DNA of 64,000 nt from Bacteroidota bacterium. Its GTDB lineage: Bacteria; Bacteroidota; Bacteroidia; AKYH767-A; 2013-40CM-41-45. The stretch lies in contig JANLPR010000117.1 in NCBI GenBank assembly GCA_031367345.1, positions 9,759 through 73,758 on the forward strand, in the 5' to 3' direction. Under the pieces are notes generated by a model that saw nothing but the letters and a program-made list of their open reading frames with translations, was not told the origin of the DNA and did not search any database. The translations under genes and the position numbers were made by a program. This document shows, in pieces, positions 1 through 8,427 of the stretch (its first letter is position 1; every line of letters starts with the position of its first letter).

Positions 1-325
1 ATTTTTTATTGTTTATTGTTTCCCAATGGTAATCTAAAATAAGGAATATATTTTCGGGATTAGAAAATGAAAGCTGAAGTCCAAGCCAATACTGGTAAAT
101 AGTACCAATTGAAGAAGGATGGATAACCTTAGGTACATTATTAATAAGCAAACTATCAACTGCAGCTTCATCGAGGTCTAAAGCGTCTTCAACTGCCACT
201 TTAGTTTGCCGGTAGAACTCATTTTTTTTCTCTTCACTGAAAAATTTTAGTGTGCATTTTGGGCTTCTGATCGCATTCAAAATCCCGATCAAATCGATGT
301 CATAAACGTGCTTAGAATATCCCAT
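1..325 (-). CDS. Hypothetical protein, runs off the left edge (partial)
   Basis: Manual translation from ATG at 325 (MGYSKHVYDIDLIGILNAIRSPKCTLKFF...) stays open for 108 codons to position 1. It is absent from the ORF track because no stop lies in the window. Confidence 0.6.
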   Translation of the reverse strand, partial: MGYSKHVYDIDLIGILNAIRSPKCTLKFFSEEKKNEFYRQTKVAVEDALDLDEAAVDSLLINNVPKVIHPSSIGTIYQYWLGLQLSFSNPENIFLILDYHWETINNKK

Positions 326-346
326 TTTAGTCAAGTTAAGAAATAA

Positions 347-366
347 ATCTGACCGCTCATCTGACC
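347..366. repeat. Direct repeat ATCTGACC x2 (12-bp period), possible integrase arm-type sites
   Basis: atctgacc at 347-354 and 359-366, just beyond the tRNA 3' hairpin. Confidence 0.35.
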
Positions 367-377
367 CCTTTCAAAAG

Positions 378-404
378 TTAAGCCCTTGAAAATCAAGGGC
401 TTAA
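378..404 (-). terminator. Perfect 12-bp inverted repeat downstream of tRNA-Asp (terminator or att-associated hairpin)
   Basis: ttaagcccttga-aaa-tcaagggcttaa, 11 nt past the tRNA 3' end. Confidence 0.7.
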
Positions 405-415
405 AAGCATTTTTG

Positions 416-489
416 CGGTCCGGACGGGACTCGAACCCGCGACCCCATGCGTGACAGGCATGTATTCTAACCAACTGAACTACCGAACC
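416..489 (-). tRNA. tRNA-Asp(GTC)
   Basis: Reverse complement GGTTCGGTAGTTCAGTTGGTTAGAATACATGCCTGTCACGCATGGGGTCGCGGGTTCGAGTCCCGTCCGGACCG: cloverleaf, GTC anticodon, GTTCGA T-loop, CCA not encoded. Confidence 0.97.
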
Positions 490-512
490 GTTTTCCTTTT
501 TTATGAGGACTG

Positions 513-543
513 CAAAAATAGATAAATCATTCAAAACCCCAAA
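513..543 (-). promoter_or_regulatory. Bacteroidota sigma-70 promoter of tRNA-Asp
   Basis: On the minus strand: TTTG (543-540), 19-nt spacer, TATTTTTG (520-513). Matches the -33 TTTG / -7 TAnnTTTG consensus. Confidence 0.7.
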
Positions 544-664
544 TTTTACGCTCTTTTTATTTGGAATTGTTTGTGCTTCATTGTTAGGATATTAGAATGA
601 ACGGCAGGAACAATTGTGCTGATTCCTCTTTTCTCCTCTCTATTCTGCTCGCTTACTCCCTGCC

Positions 665-2158
665 TTATCGTTCCCGATCCAAAAATCCTTTTAAATGTAC
701 CATGTCGGCAAACCGATGAAAATGAATCTCCGGATGTAGCCTCCTAAACTGTGTAACATCGAAATTGAAAATGCCGCCGCTCCGCTGCAACCAACACAAT
801 GCCGCAAAACCGGATGCATGGCCTCCTATGATGTCTTTATACAAATGATCGCCCACCATACAACACTCATTCGCCTCTACATTCAGCTTCTTCCTAATCT
901 GTAAAAAACCCTGCGGATCGGGTTTTTCAAAACCGCTCTCTTTAGTAAAATGAATGGCGTCGAAATAATCGCCCAAACCTGTCGACTCCAATTTCTGCTT
1001 CTGAGAATTTGGCGGATTGTCTGTAAGTAAGCCTATCAAATACCCTTGCGTTCGTAATTCATTTAATACCGGTTTTACATCGGGGTATTCTGTTGTATCG
1101 GGAATTAAATTTCTATAGGTCTGTATCATCTTATCGGAAGGTAACTTAAACAACTCTGCTAATCGATCTAACAAATCACTCCGATGACCTTCTTCTAACA
1201 ATCGTAATCCTGTGTCAACAAATTTATCGATTGTTACTTTTTCAAAATTTAATGTCTCATGTAACATCGCCAGCTTCTTCAAGATCCACGGCTTCTGCGG
1301 AAACAATGTTTCGTCAAGGTCAAATACAATTGCTTTCAACGAAGGAATTTTTGCAGGAACAATTCGATCTTTCAAATACACAAACGAACGTGTCCCATTC
1401 GGCAACACTGTGCTTGCACTATTACTCTTACCTGTAATCATCCACTTGCAAAGATTGTCGCCAATGCTATTTCCTAAATGAGCCGTTGATGTTAAATGCT
1501 GTTGAACTCTATTCACCAGCAATTTCCCATGCATCTCCAATAAATGTACACTGAAAAATCCGCAGCCATTATTTTTAATAAATAGTGCGATCAGATTTTT
1601 TATTGTTTCTCTAATTTTTTCATTATCGTATTTCTCACTCACAGCAATCGTAGCTTCTTCGATTGAAATAATTTTTCTAGTCACTACTGTACTTGCATTT
1701 CCTGAAAAGTCTATTGCAAATTCTGCTATATAATGATCAATATCTAATACGCCCGATTCCATAATCTCTACTATGTCGTCGTCGGTGTTTGTTGTAAATC
1801 CGTTGTTAGCCAAAAATAATTCTGCCGGCCTGCGTGTCTGAAGTGTTTGTGCTAACGATAATTCTGAAATAGCAATTTTAAAATTTACTTCGCTTTTTAA
1901 TTCTGCTAATGTTATGGTATCAATCTCTGACGAAGGAATTACTACGTCAATCTTATTTTTAATACATGCTGCCTTCAGTTCTGCTTTGTAGTTTTCTTCA
2001 TTAGCATCTGGAAGTTTAATAAAACTTGGCGATAAAAATTTGGATGCTATCAGTTCAAATTCGTCGGAAACAAAAATATGTACATCGTTGATTATTTCAA
2101 GTTCTTTTATCAACGCGCTTGCGTTAAAATTTCCGGCAGAGGTGATGAGTATATTCAT
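665..2158 (-). CDS. Fusion of a degenerate ATP-grasp-like N-terminal domain and a HAD-superfamily hydrolase
   Basis: N-terminus NILITSAG...IDVVIPSSE resembles ATP-grasp (carbamoyl-phosphate-synthase-like) proteins. The C-terminal half has HAD motifs FDLDETL, LLTD, KPDP, VGDHLYKDI. Confidence 0.75.
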   Translation of the reverse strand: MNILITSAGNFNASALIKELEIINDVHIFVSDEFELIASKFLSPSFIKLPDANEENYKAELKAACIKNKIDVVIPSSEIDTITLAELKSEVNFKIAISELSLAQTLQTRRPAELFLANNGFTTNTDDDIVEIMESGVLDIDHYIAEFAIDFSGNASTVVTRKIISIEEATIAVSEKYDNEKIRETIKNLIALFIKNNGCGFFSVHLLEMHGKLLVNRVQQHLTSTAHLGNSIGDNLCKWMITGKSNSASTVLPNGTRSFVYLKDRIVPAKIPSLKAIVFDLDETLFPQKPWILKKLAMLHETLNFEKVTIDKFVDTGLRLLEEGHRSDLLDRLAELFKLPSDKMIQTYRNLIPDTTEYPDVKPVLNELRTQGYLIGLLTDNPPNSQKQKLESTGLGDYFDAIHFTKESGFEKPDPQGFLQIRKKLNVEANECCMVGDHLYKDIIGGHASGFAALCWLQRSGGIFNFDVTQFRRLHPEIHFHRFADMVHLKGFLDRER

Positions 2159-2370
2159 GGAGAGAAATTAAAAATAATTGTGTGATGTTTGAAACTTCAA
2201 AATTTATTGACCAGATCAAGATAGTAAGAAAACCAATCAGGTCAAAACATTACTCTTTTATTAATTGGTGTATTATTTCTAGCATAAATGATGGTTAATC
2301 AATACGGTAAACAACTTTTCAACGATACAGAAAAGCAAATGTCAGTTTATTTTTGAGAAAAAATAATATT

Positions 2371-2838
2371 ATGAAAAGAACATCTAAGTTAACACACGAA
2401 GAAATAAAAATAGGCAATGAAATTCTGAAGATGCAACTGAATGCACAGTTCGGAATGACTTTTAATGATAGTATGTGCGATCTCCCTGTAGAGATTGAAC
2501 GTGCTTGGTTGAAATCGGTACAGCGTTTTGAGAAAGCGTATGCGGAGAACAACACCATTCTATGTTATGATCTGATCGGCCGTCCTGATTTTGCTCCGGC
2601 TGAAACAATGAATCCTAAAATGCTGAGGTCGGAACTAAAAAAGCTGACAGCATTACTCGAAAAGCACAATATAATTGTTGATTGCATCAGCGCTCTCTCC
2701 GAATTTGAAATTTACAAATTCATAACTGAAAAACTATTTATGGAACATCTACTTCATATTCCAAACAGTAATATGATCACTCATTTTACGTATTCGGAAT
2801 ATTATCCGGAAGACGATGAATTCGATTTGCCTTTTTGA
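2371..2838 (+). CDS. Hypothetical protein
   Basis: Clean ORF with ATG at 2371 after an A-rich leader and an acidic C-terminus; followed by a palindrome. Confidence 0.7.
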   Translation: MKRTSKLTHEEIKIGNEILKMQLNAQFGMTFNDSMCDLPVEIERAWLKSVQRFEKAYAENNTILCYDLIGRPDFAPAETMNPKMLRSELKKLTALLEKHNIIVDCISALSEFEIYKFITEKLFMEHLLHIPNSNMITHFTYSEYYPEDDEFDLPF

Positions 2839-2849
2839 TTGCCAAAAAA

Positions 2850-2877
2850 AATGGCCGGATAAATTTATCCGGCCATT
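2850..2877. terminator. Bidirectional terminator (28-bp perfect palindrome)
   Basis: aatggccggataaatttatccggccatt between convergent genes, with an A-tract on the left. Confidence 0.8.
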
Positions 2878-2899
2878 CTAATTTTTACTGAAAGTTGAA

Positions 2900-4330
2900 C
2901 TACTCGTTCAATTTAATTTCTACTCTGCGGTTGATAGTGCGACCGGCAGCTGTTTTATTGTCAGCAGCAGGTTTTGTATCTCCATATCCTTCTGATGAAA
3001 GACGAGAAGAATTGATTCCTTTGTTGATGAAATATGTTTTCACCGCAGCAGCTCTGCGCTTAGAAAGCTCTAAGTTTGAAGCAGCATTTCCAACATTATC
3101 CGTATGACCTTCGATTGACCATGTAGTTGCTTCGTATTGTTTCATGATGTTTACCACAGTATCAAGTTTCACAAACGACACCGACTTGATTACATCTTTT
3201 CCTGTTTCAAACTGAATTGATTTAGCAGCGAAAGAGATTTTTTGTAATACTTCTTTCTTTTTCGATTCGTCGATAGCAGGACAACCACTATTCGATTTCA
3301 ATCCTTTTACATCAGGACATTTATCGTCTTTGTCTGCAACACCATCGCCATCTCTATCAGGACAACCTTTTGTTTCAATAGTACCTTTTACTTCAGGACA
3401 AGCATCGTCTTTATCAGCAATTCCATCGCCATCTGTATCAGGACAGCCATCAAATTTAGCTAGACCTTTTACATCAGGACATTTATCGTCTTTGTCAGCA
3501 ATACCGTCACCGTCTTTATCAGGACAACCATGTAATTCTTTTGTGCCTTTATCATTCGGACACTGATCATCTTTATCAGCAATACCATCACCATCAGAAT
3601 CAGGGCAACCATTTAACGATTTCAATCCTTTTACATCAGGACATGCATCAACATTGTCAGCAATACCATCACCATCTTTATCCGGACAGCCATCCAATTC
3701 AGCTAAGCCGAATACTGTAGGACATTTGTCAACGCGATCAAGTACACCATCTTTGTCAGTGTCTTTTCCGCCAAGACGAATAACCACACCAATTGAGTGG
3801 TGGAAGTAATCGCCCACAGCCTCAGAAGTTGCAGTGTTTAGCAATGTTTGAACATTGAAGCCAACATTTTCGCTAAACCATAAATTTATTCCGACACCTA
3901 CGTTTAGAGCAATAGATTTATCGCTACCATACATACTTAATCCCGGACCAGCAGCAATATAAGGATCGAACCAGCAATCAGATTTTAATAAGTAATCGTT
4001 TGCGAAAAGATATTTTCCTAAAACATCGAAGTCACCAAAAAATTTCTTGTCGACATTCTTCAAACCTGTATTGTTTGTCTTTGAAGCGGCAAATGATAAA
4101 CCGACAGCAAACGAGCGATTAATATTTTTTGCGACATCAAATTTTGAGAATGCAGGAATAGTTTGATAATGGTCGATGTCGTATAATCCTTTGAACATAG
4201 GATCAACCGAAGAATAATCAACACCATGAAATCCGATTCCGAATAACCAAGGGTGATCAACATTTTGAGCATTCGACTGCGTGTTGAATAATAAGCAGGC
4301 AATGCTAAGTGCAGTAATTAGTTTTTTCAT
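2900..4330 (-). CDS. OmpA-family outer-membrane protein with thrombospondin type-3-like Ca-binding repeats
   Basis: Signal peptide MKKLITALSIA (ATG 4330), beta-barrel region, DxDxDG repeats and an OmpA C-domain (IEGHTDNVG, NLELSKRRA, NRRVEI). Confidence 0.93.
   Translation of the reverse strand: MKKLITALSIACLLFNTQSNAQNVDHPWLFGIGFHGVDYSSVDPMFKGLYDIDHYQTIPAFSKFDVAKNINRSFAVGLSFAASKTNNTGLKNVDKKFFGDFDVLGKYLFANDYLLKSDCWFDPYIAAGPGLSMYGSDKSIALNVGVGINLWFSENVGFNVQTLLNTATSEAVGDYFHHSIGVVIRLGGKDTDKDGVLDRVDKCPTVFGLAELDGCPDKDGDGIADNVDACPDVKGLKSLNGCPDSDGDGIADKDDQCPNDKGTKELHGCPDKDGDGIADKDDKCPDVKGLAKFDGCPDTDGDGIADKDDACPEVKGTIETKGCPDRDGDGVADKDDKCPDVKGLKSNSGCPAIDESKKKEVLQKISFAAKSIQFETGKDVIKSVSFVKLDTVVNIMKQYEATTWSIEGHTDNVGNAASNLELSKRRAAAVKTYFINKGINSSRLSSEGYGDTKPAADNKTAAGRTINRRVEIKLNE
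3278..3763 (-). repeat. Six tandem 81-bp (27-aa) coding repeats, DxDGDGIADKDDxCPxxKG...GCP
   Basis: Counted in the OmpA translation and mapped back to the DNA. Confidence 0.9.
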
Positions 4331-4460
4331 AATATAGTTTTGTCTGAAATTTTTGGAGTATTTATCCGCGGCAAAGAAACGATAAAAGATTTTGGAAATC
4401 AAAGAAATGAGGCATTAATTTGAAGTAGAATTGGGCTGAAAAGGGGATTTGCGCTTTTCA

Positions 4461-4542
4461 TATAAGGCTGGCTGCCGTGCGCAACGCTCACTTCAAATGA
4501 AAATAGTGCTTTCTTTGACTAGCTGCAAACCGGTGTTATACC
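4461..4542 (-). mobile_element. Degenerate attC-like imperfect palindrome
   Basis: Minus strand GGTATAACACCGGTTTGCAGC...CGGCAGCCAGCCTTATA, about 80 bp, beginning about 20 nt after the stop of the small ORF. Confidence 0.4.
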
Positions 4543-4564
4543 TTTTCCTACTTTAGCGTAAAAA

Positions 4565-4744
4565 TTAAACAGAAACTTTTGTTGTTCTTCTATCAGAGGG
4601 CTTTTTTATCGAACGAGAATTCTTTGTTTTGCATTTTCTTTTCCTAAAATATTCGGCTATTAAATTTTCTTCAGCCTTTGTCAGTTGAGTTTGACTGCCA
4701 ATAAAGTCAATGTCTAGTTCTATTTTCTTTGTCTTCATTGTCAT
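4565..4744 (-). CDS. Small basic protein (59 aa), putative antitoxin/partner; missing from the ORF track
   Basis: MTMKTKKIELDIDFIGSQTQLTKAEENLIAEYFRKRK...KVSV*. Its ATG overlaps the upstream stop (TAATG). Confidence 0.6.
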   Translation of the reverse strand: MTMKTKKIELDIDFIGSQTQLTKAEENLIAEYFRKRKCKTKNSRSIKKPSDRRTTKVSV

Positions 4745-5265
4745 TAGATTTGAAAATATTTATCAATTAAATTTTGAGCTGCCTTTGATTCTATAATTAA
4801 AACTCTCCCGCCAATATGAAACGCACCGAGTTTTTTTACACAGTGGTCTATTAACTGTGTCTTTGAAATAAAAGCTATATTGCCTTCATGACCTCTTTGA
4901 AAAGATAATTTACACGCAAACGCTACCAAATTCCCAGCAACTCCCGATTACATTTTTGATTTCCCTTTATTGAATGGCGCATTCTCAACAAGATGCATAT
5001 AAATATGGTCTGCCTTAACTTCTAAACTAATTAATCCCTGAATGATAGTTGAATTATTAACGATGGTCAATTTATAAACATCTCTAGCTGGATCAGTAAA
5101 TTCAGCCATCCAATTAAATGTCCAACCGTTTGATTTAGTAATAACTCTGATATCTGACTTTGTCAAAACAGATGTCTCCGTTTGAAAACTGTCGCCAGTT
5201 ACAACATTTTCTATTGAATTTGTTAGCTTGTCAATGATGAAGTCAAGCCCTTTGGTTCTTTTCAC
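4744..5265 (-). pseudogene. GNAT-like acetyltransferase/toxin gene interrupted by one in-frame TAA
   Basis: ORFs 4948-5265 and 4744-4929 are in the same frame. The junction reads AAA ATG TAA TCG GGA GTT GCT GGG AAT TTG (K-M-*-S-G-V-A-G-N-L), inside a GNAT motif-A-like segment. Confidence 0.7.
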
Positions 5266-5365
5266 AAAGCTAATTTACAAAAATATGCCGTTATTTCAAA
5301 GTGAAAACCAGACTTACTGTAACTCATTACCATATGGCATAACTAAGTATTTGAAAAACAAAGAA

Positions 5366-5397
5366 AACAGGACTAAGAATTTCTTCTGTCCTGTTTC
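5366..5397 (-). terminator. Hairpin downstream of the MFS permease
   Basis: aaacaggac...gtcctgttt stem, followed on the minus strand by a U-rich run. Confidence 0.6.
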
Positions 5398-5414
5398 CTT
5401 CATCTTTAATTCAA

Positions 5415-7046
5415 TTAATGTCCGGCCATTTGTTGGTCGTAATCGAGTCCTTGTGTTTTTAAAATGTTTTTTGTTTTCAATGCATGCCAAACCATGTAAA
5501 CAAAACAAATAAAAGGAACAATGTAAGAGAAGTGAGTAAATGTTAATCCGCCAATTCCGCTTGTGCTAATTTTATCAAAGTCGCAAATTACTCCTTGAGT
5601 AGGAGGAATGATTGCTCCGCCAAGTATCATCATAATTAAAAACGCAGAACCTTGACTTGTATATTTTCCTAAGCCTGTAACTGCAAGTGCAAAGATGCAT
5701 GGCCACATTACTGAACATGCTAGTCCGCCACTTATAAAAGCGAAAGTACTGATACGCCCTGTGGTCATTAGTCCAACGAGCATTGCAATTGATCCCATCA
5801 TTGCTACGGTGAAAAGCATTTTCGCAGGTCGTTCGTTTGCGAAGAAAAATGCAATAACGAAAAATAGTACTGCTATAATATAAACATACATATCGCTAAC
5901 ATCGTTTCCACGCAGATGATTTACAAGTAATATAACTGCAAAAGCAATAATAGGAACAATAACTGTCAAGAGTTGTTTCGTCGATTTTTTCAGATCAAAA
6001 ACTGCAATAGCACCCGTCCATCGGCCAATCATTAAACTTCCCCAGTACAATGAAATAAATTGCGAAATAAATTTTTCATCGAGTCCGCCAAACTCTGCTT
6101 GTTTTAAAAGTGCTCCCATGTTACTTTGAACAGTCACTTCCATTCCTACATAAATAAAAATGGCGATCATGCCCATTACCAATTGTGGATATTGCATAGC
6201 ACCCCATCCTTCTTTATTTTTTTGTGCAGCATAAAGTGCATAAAATAATAATCCGAGGATGATTACAAGCGATCCAATCACTAAATAAACTCTTTGTTCG
6301 TCGCCAAACATTGTGTTAAAAAATAGTAAGATGATGGTTGGAATTGAAATAAGAAATAGAGTGCGCATAGCTTTACTACTGTTTTCTACATGCTCTTCCA
6401 TTTTTATCGTAGGAAGTTTTTTGCTTGTGAAAAAGAAAAATGCAACTAGGAAAAAAAGCCCACCAAGTATGAGATATAAAGTTTTTATTGATTGAATAGT
6501 TGCGACACCGGCATTGTTGAGGTCTCCGAACAATACAACACTTACTGCAATAGGTCCAAGCAGAGTCCCTAATGAATTAATTCCTCCAGCTAAATTCAGT
6601 CGATGCGCACCTGTAGCCGGATTTCCCAGAGCAATGGCAAAAGGTTGTGCGGCGGTTTGTTGAAGTGAAAAGCCGAGAGCGATAATAAAAAAACAAGCCA
6701 ATACCATTCCGAAAGTAGCACCTGTTCCGGAGGCAACAAAAGCTAATGAAACAGCTCCGACAACAGACATCATTAACCCAAGAATAATTCCGTTTTTATA
6801 ACCGATACGATTTAGGATATCGACACCGGAAAAAGAAGAAAGCAAATACAGAATTAAAGAGCCGAAAAAGTAGGCGCCATAGAACGAAGTGTCGATTAAC
6901 TGCGACTGAAATTGATTTAGGTTGAAATGAGTTTTGCAAAATGGAATAAATATACCGTTAGATGCAGCTACAAATCCCCAGAAGAAGAAGACTGTGACCA
7001 AAGTTGGTAATGCTCCTTTACTGATAGCTTGAGAACTTTTTTCCAT
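5415..7046 (-). CDS. FucP/GluP-family MFS sugar:H+ symporter (glucose/galactose/fucose)
   Basis: FFFWGF, QSQLI..FYGAYF, RIGYKNG, LQQTAAQPF, RLNLAGGINSLG, YVGMEV, MMILGGAIIP motifs; many TM helices. Confidence 0.88.
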   Translation of the reverse strand: MEKSSQAISKGALPTLVTVFFFWGFVAASNGIFIPFCKTHFNLNQFQSQLIDTSFYGAYFFGSLILYLLSSFSGVDILNRIGYKNGIILGLMMSVVGAVSLAFVASGTGATFGMVLACFFIIALGFSLQQTAAQPFAIALGNPATGAHRLNLAGGINSLGTLLGPIAVSVVLFGDLNNAGVATIQSIKTLYLILGGLFFLVAFFFFTSKKLPTIKMEEHVENSSKAMRTLFLISIPTIILLFFNTMFGDEQRVYLVIGSLVIILGLLFYALYAAQKNKEGWGAMQYPQLVMGMIAIFIYVGMEVTVQSNMGALLKQAEFGGLDEKFISQFISLYWGSLMIGRWTGAIAVFDLKKSTKQLLTVIVPIIAFAVILLVNHLRGNDVSDMYVYIIAVLFFVIAFFFANERPAKMLFTVAMMGSIAMLVGLMTTGRISTFAFISGGLACSVMWPCIFALAVTGLGKYTSQGSAFLIMMILGGAIIPPTQGVICDFDKISTSGIGGLTFTHFSYIVPFICFVYMVWHALKTKNILKTQGLDYDQQMAGH

Positions 7047-7503
7047 ATTTTTTTGAGGTGATTAGTGAGAGTAGACTTGTTATTATTCGATTACAATTTA
7101 GTGTGACAATATACTTTTAATTTACAATTAGCATTACATGACATAAATTTATCTTGTCAACCATTTTATCATCATTTTGCCTTGCTACTTTACGCCTTTT
7201 ATTTATGTTGGTTTTGGGGTAAAGAAAGCGTTCCAAGATTTTTCTTAGGAAATTTTTGAAGTAATATGGAGGCCAAATAATCTTTGCTTGAATAAAGATT
7301 TTGATGTCAATTGAACTTTCAGGGTAATTTATCGATTCCAAACGTTCTCGTCAAAAAAAGCGAAACCATTGAAGATTGGAAATCATGTTATAGGTTGTAA
7401 TTTCAATAATTTCTAATTGTGTAGGGAAATTAACTGTTTGAGGAACAAGAACAATTAGCTACTTTTACTAAATCAGTTTTAAGTCAAACCTCAATCAGTT
7501 AAC

Positions 7504-8283
7504 ATGAAAAAAAGTCTACTTCTTATCGTATTTTTAAATTTAATGGCAATAGTTGGTTATGCACAATATAATCTAACCATCACGTATGACGCCACACAAG
7601 GGGCTTCTACACTTCAAGGTGCTCAAAAAGTTTATTTTCATTCGGGAGCTAGTGATGTCATAGGACCTTTAGACAATTCTGCATGGAATTACAATGTAGG
7701 AAATTGGGGTGCCGATGACGGTATCGGACAAATGACAGATCTACTCAATAATGTTTGGACAATAACTTTTGATCCGATCGTGTATTATAGTCAATCTGTA
7801 AATGGACCAGTAAGTGGCCCTCAGATCTATCGAATTGGAATGGTTTTCAGAGATGCAACAGGAGCAAATTTTGGGAAAGATGTAAACAATAGCGAAATCT
7901 ACATGAATCTTAGTTCGGGCAATCCTGAAATATTTAATTCAGACGGTAGTCAATTTTTTGGAGTTACAGCCGGCATTTCTTCGGTAGGAATTCAAGCTTT
8001 GTCGAACAGTAAAGCATCAATTAAAAACTATCCTAATCCACTTTCGACTCATACAATATTTGAATATAATTTAGAAAGCAATCAGAGCGTAAACCTTTCC
8101 ATCTATGACGCTACCGGTCGCATAGTAAATACTTTATTTAATGATATGCAATCATCGGGTAAGCATTATTATTATTGGATGGGTGATGATTCTAAAGGCA
8201 ATAGTTTGAGTGGAGGAATTTACTACTATTCGTTATCTACAGGTTCTGAAAAAGTTTTCGGAAAAATTAATATCAACCGGTAA
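7504..8283 (+). CDS. T9SS-secreted protein with a putative non-catalytic carbohydrate-binding domain
   Basis: Signal peptide, Trp-rich beta domain (VYFHSG, WNYNVGNW, GMVFRD) and a type A/FlgD-like CTD (NYPNP...IYDATGRIV...GIYYY). Confidence 0.75.
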   Translation: MKKSLLLIVFLNLMAIVGYAQYNLTITYDATQGASTLQGAQKVYFHSGASDVIGPLDNSAWNYNVGNWGADDGIGQMTDLLNNVWTITFDPIVYYSQSVNGPVSGPQIYRIGMVFRDATGANFGKDVNNSEIYMNLSSGNPEIFNSDGSQFFGVTAGISSVGIQALSNSKASIKNYPNPLSTHTIFEYNLESNQSVNLSIYDATGRIVNTLFNDMQSSGKHYYYWMGDDSKGNSLSGGIYYYSLSTGSEKVFGKININR

Positions 8284-8306
8284 TTCATTAATACAATTTA
8301 TTTTCG

Positions 8307-8341
8307 AATGGGATCACTCTATGGTGATTCCATTTTTTTTT
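8307..8341 (+). terminator. Rho-independent terminator
   Basis: aatgggatcac-tctatg-gtgattccatt followed by a poly-T run. Confidence 0.8.
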
Positions 8342-8427
8342 AAAATCCATTTTATGTTTTCGAAACTAAATCATTTGAAAGAAAATGATCAATGATAAAA
8401 GTCGATGCTTGTAAATGCAACATTAGA

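Noticed and set aside
331-534. 67-aa ORF on the minus strand
   Set aside because: It is a translation through the tRNA-Asp gene and its promoter.
603-664. ggcagg...cctgcc long-range pairing with a pyrimidine-rich interior
   Set aside because: Only a 6-bp stem; insufficient evidence for an ncRNA or terminator.
3278-3763. Regularly spaced DNA repeats resembling a CRISPR array
   Set aside because: They are in-frame 81-bp coding repeats of OmpA with synonymous variation. There are no unique spacers and no cas genes.
4948-4950. Programmed readthrough or alternative genetic code at the in-frame stop
   Set aside because: TAA terminates many genes normally in this window. A nonsense mutation or sequencing error is simpler.
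5228-5512. ORFs 5228-5512 (+) and 5314-5508 (-)
   Set aside because: They overlap the permease 3' end and its terminator and show no protein-like features.
7098-7116. Possible second NrtR box (TAGTGTGACAATATACT) upstream of the permease
   Set aside because: The spacer is one base shorter than in the pfkA box and the right half is degenerate, so it is not supportable without a PWM scan.
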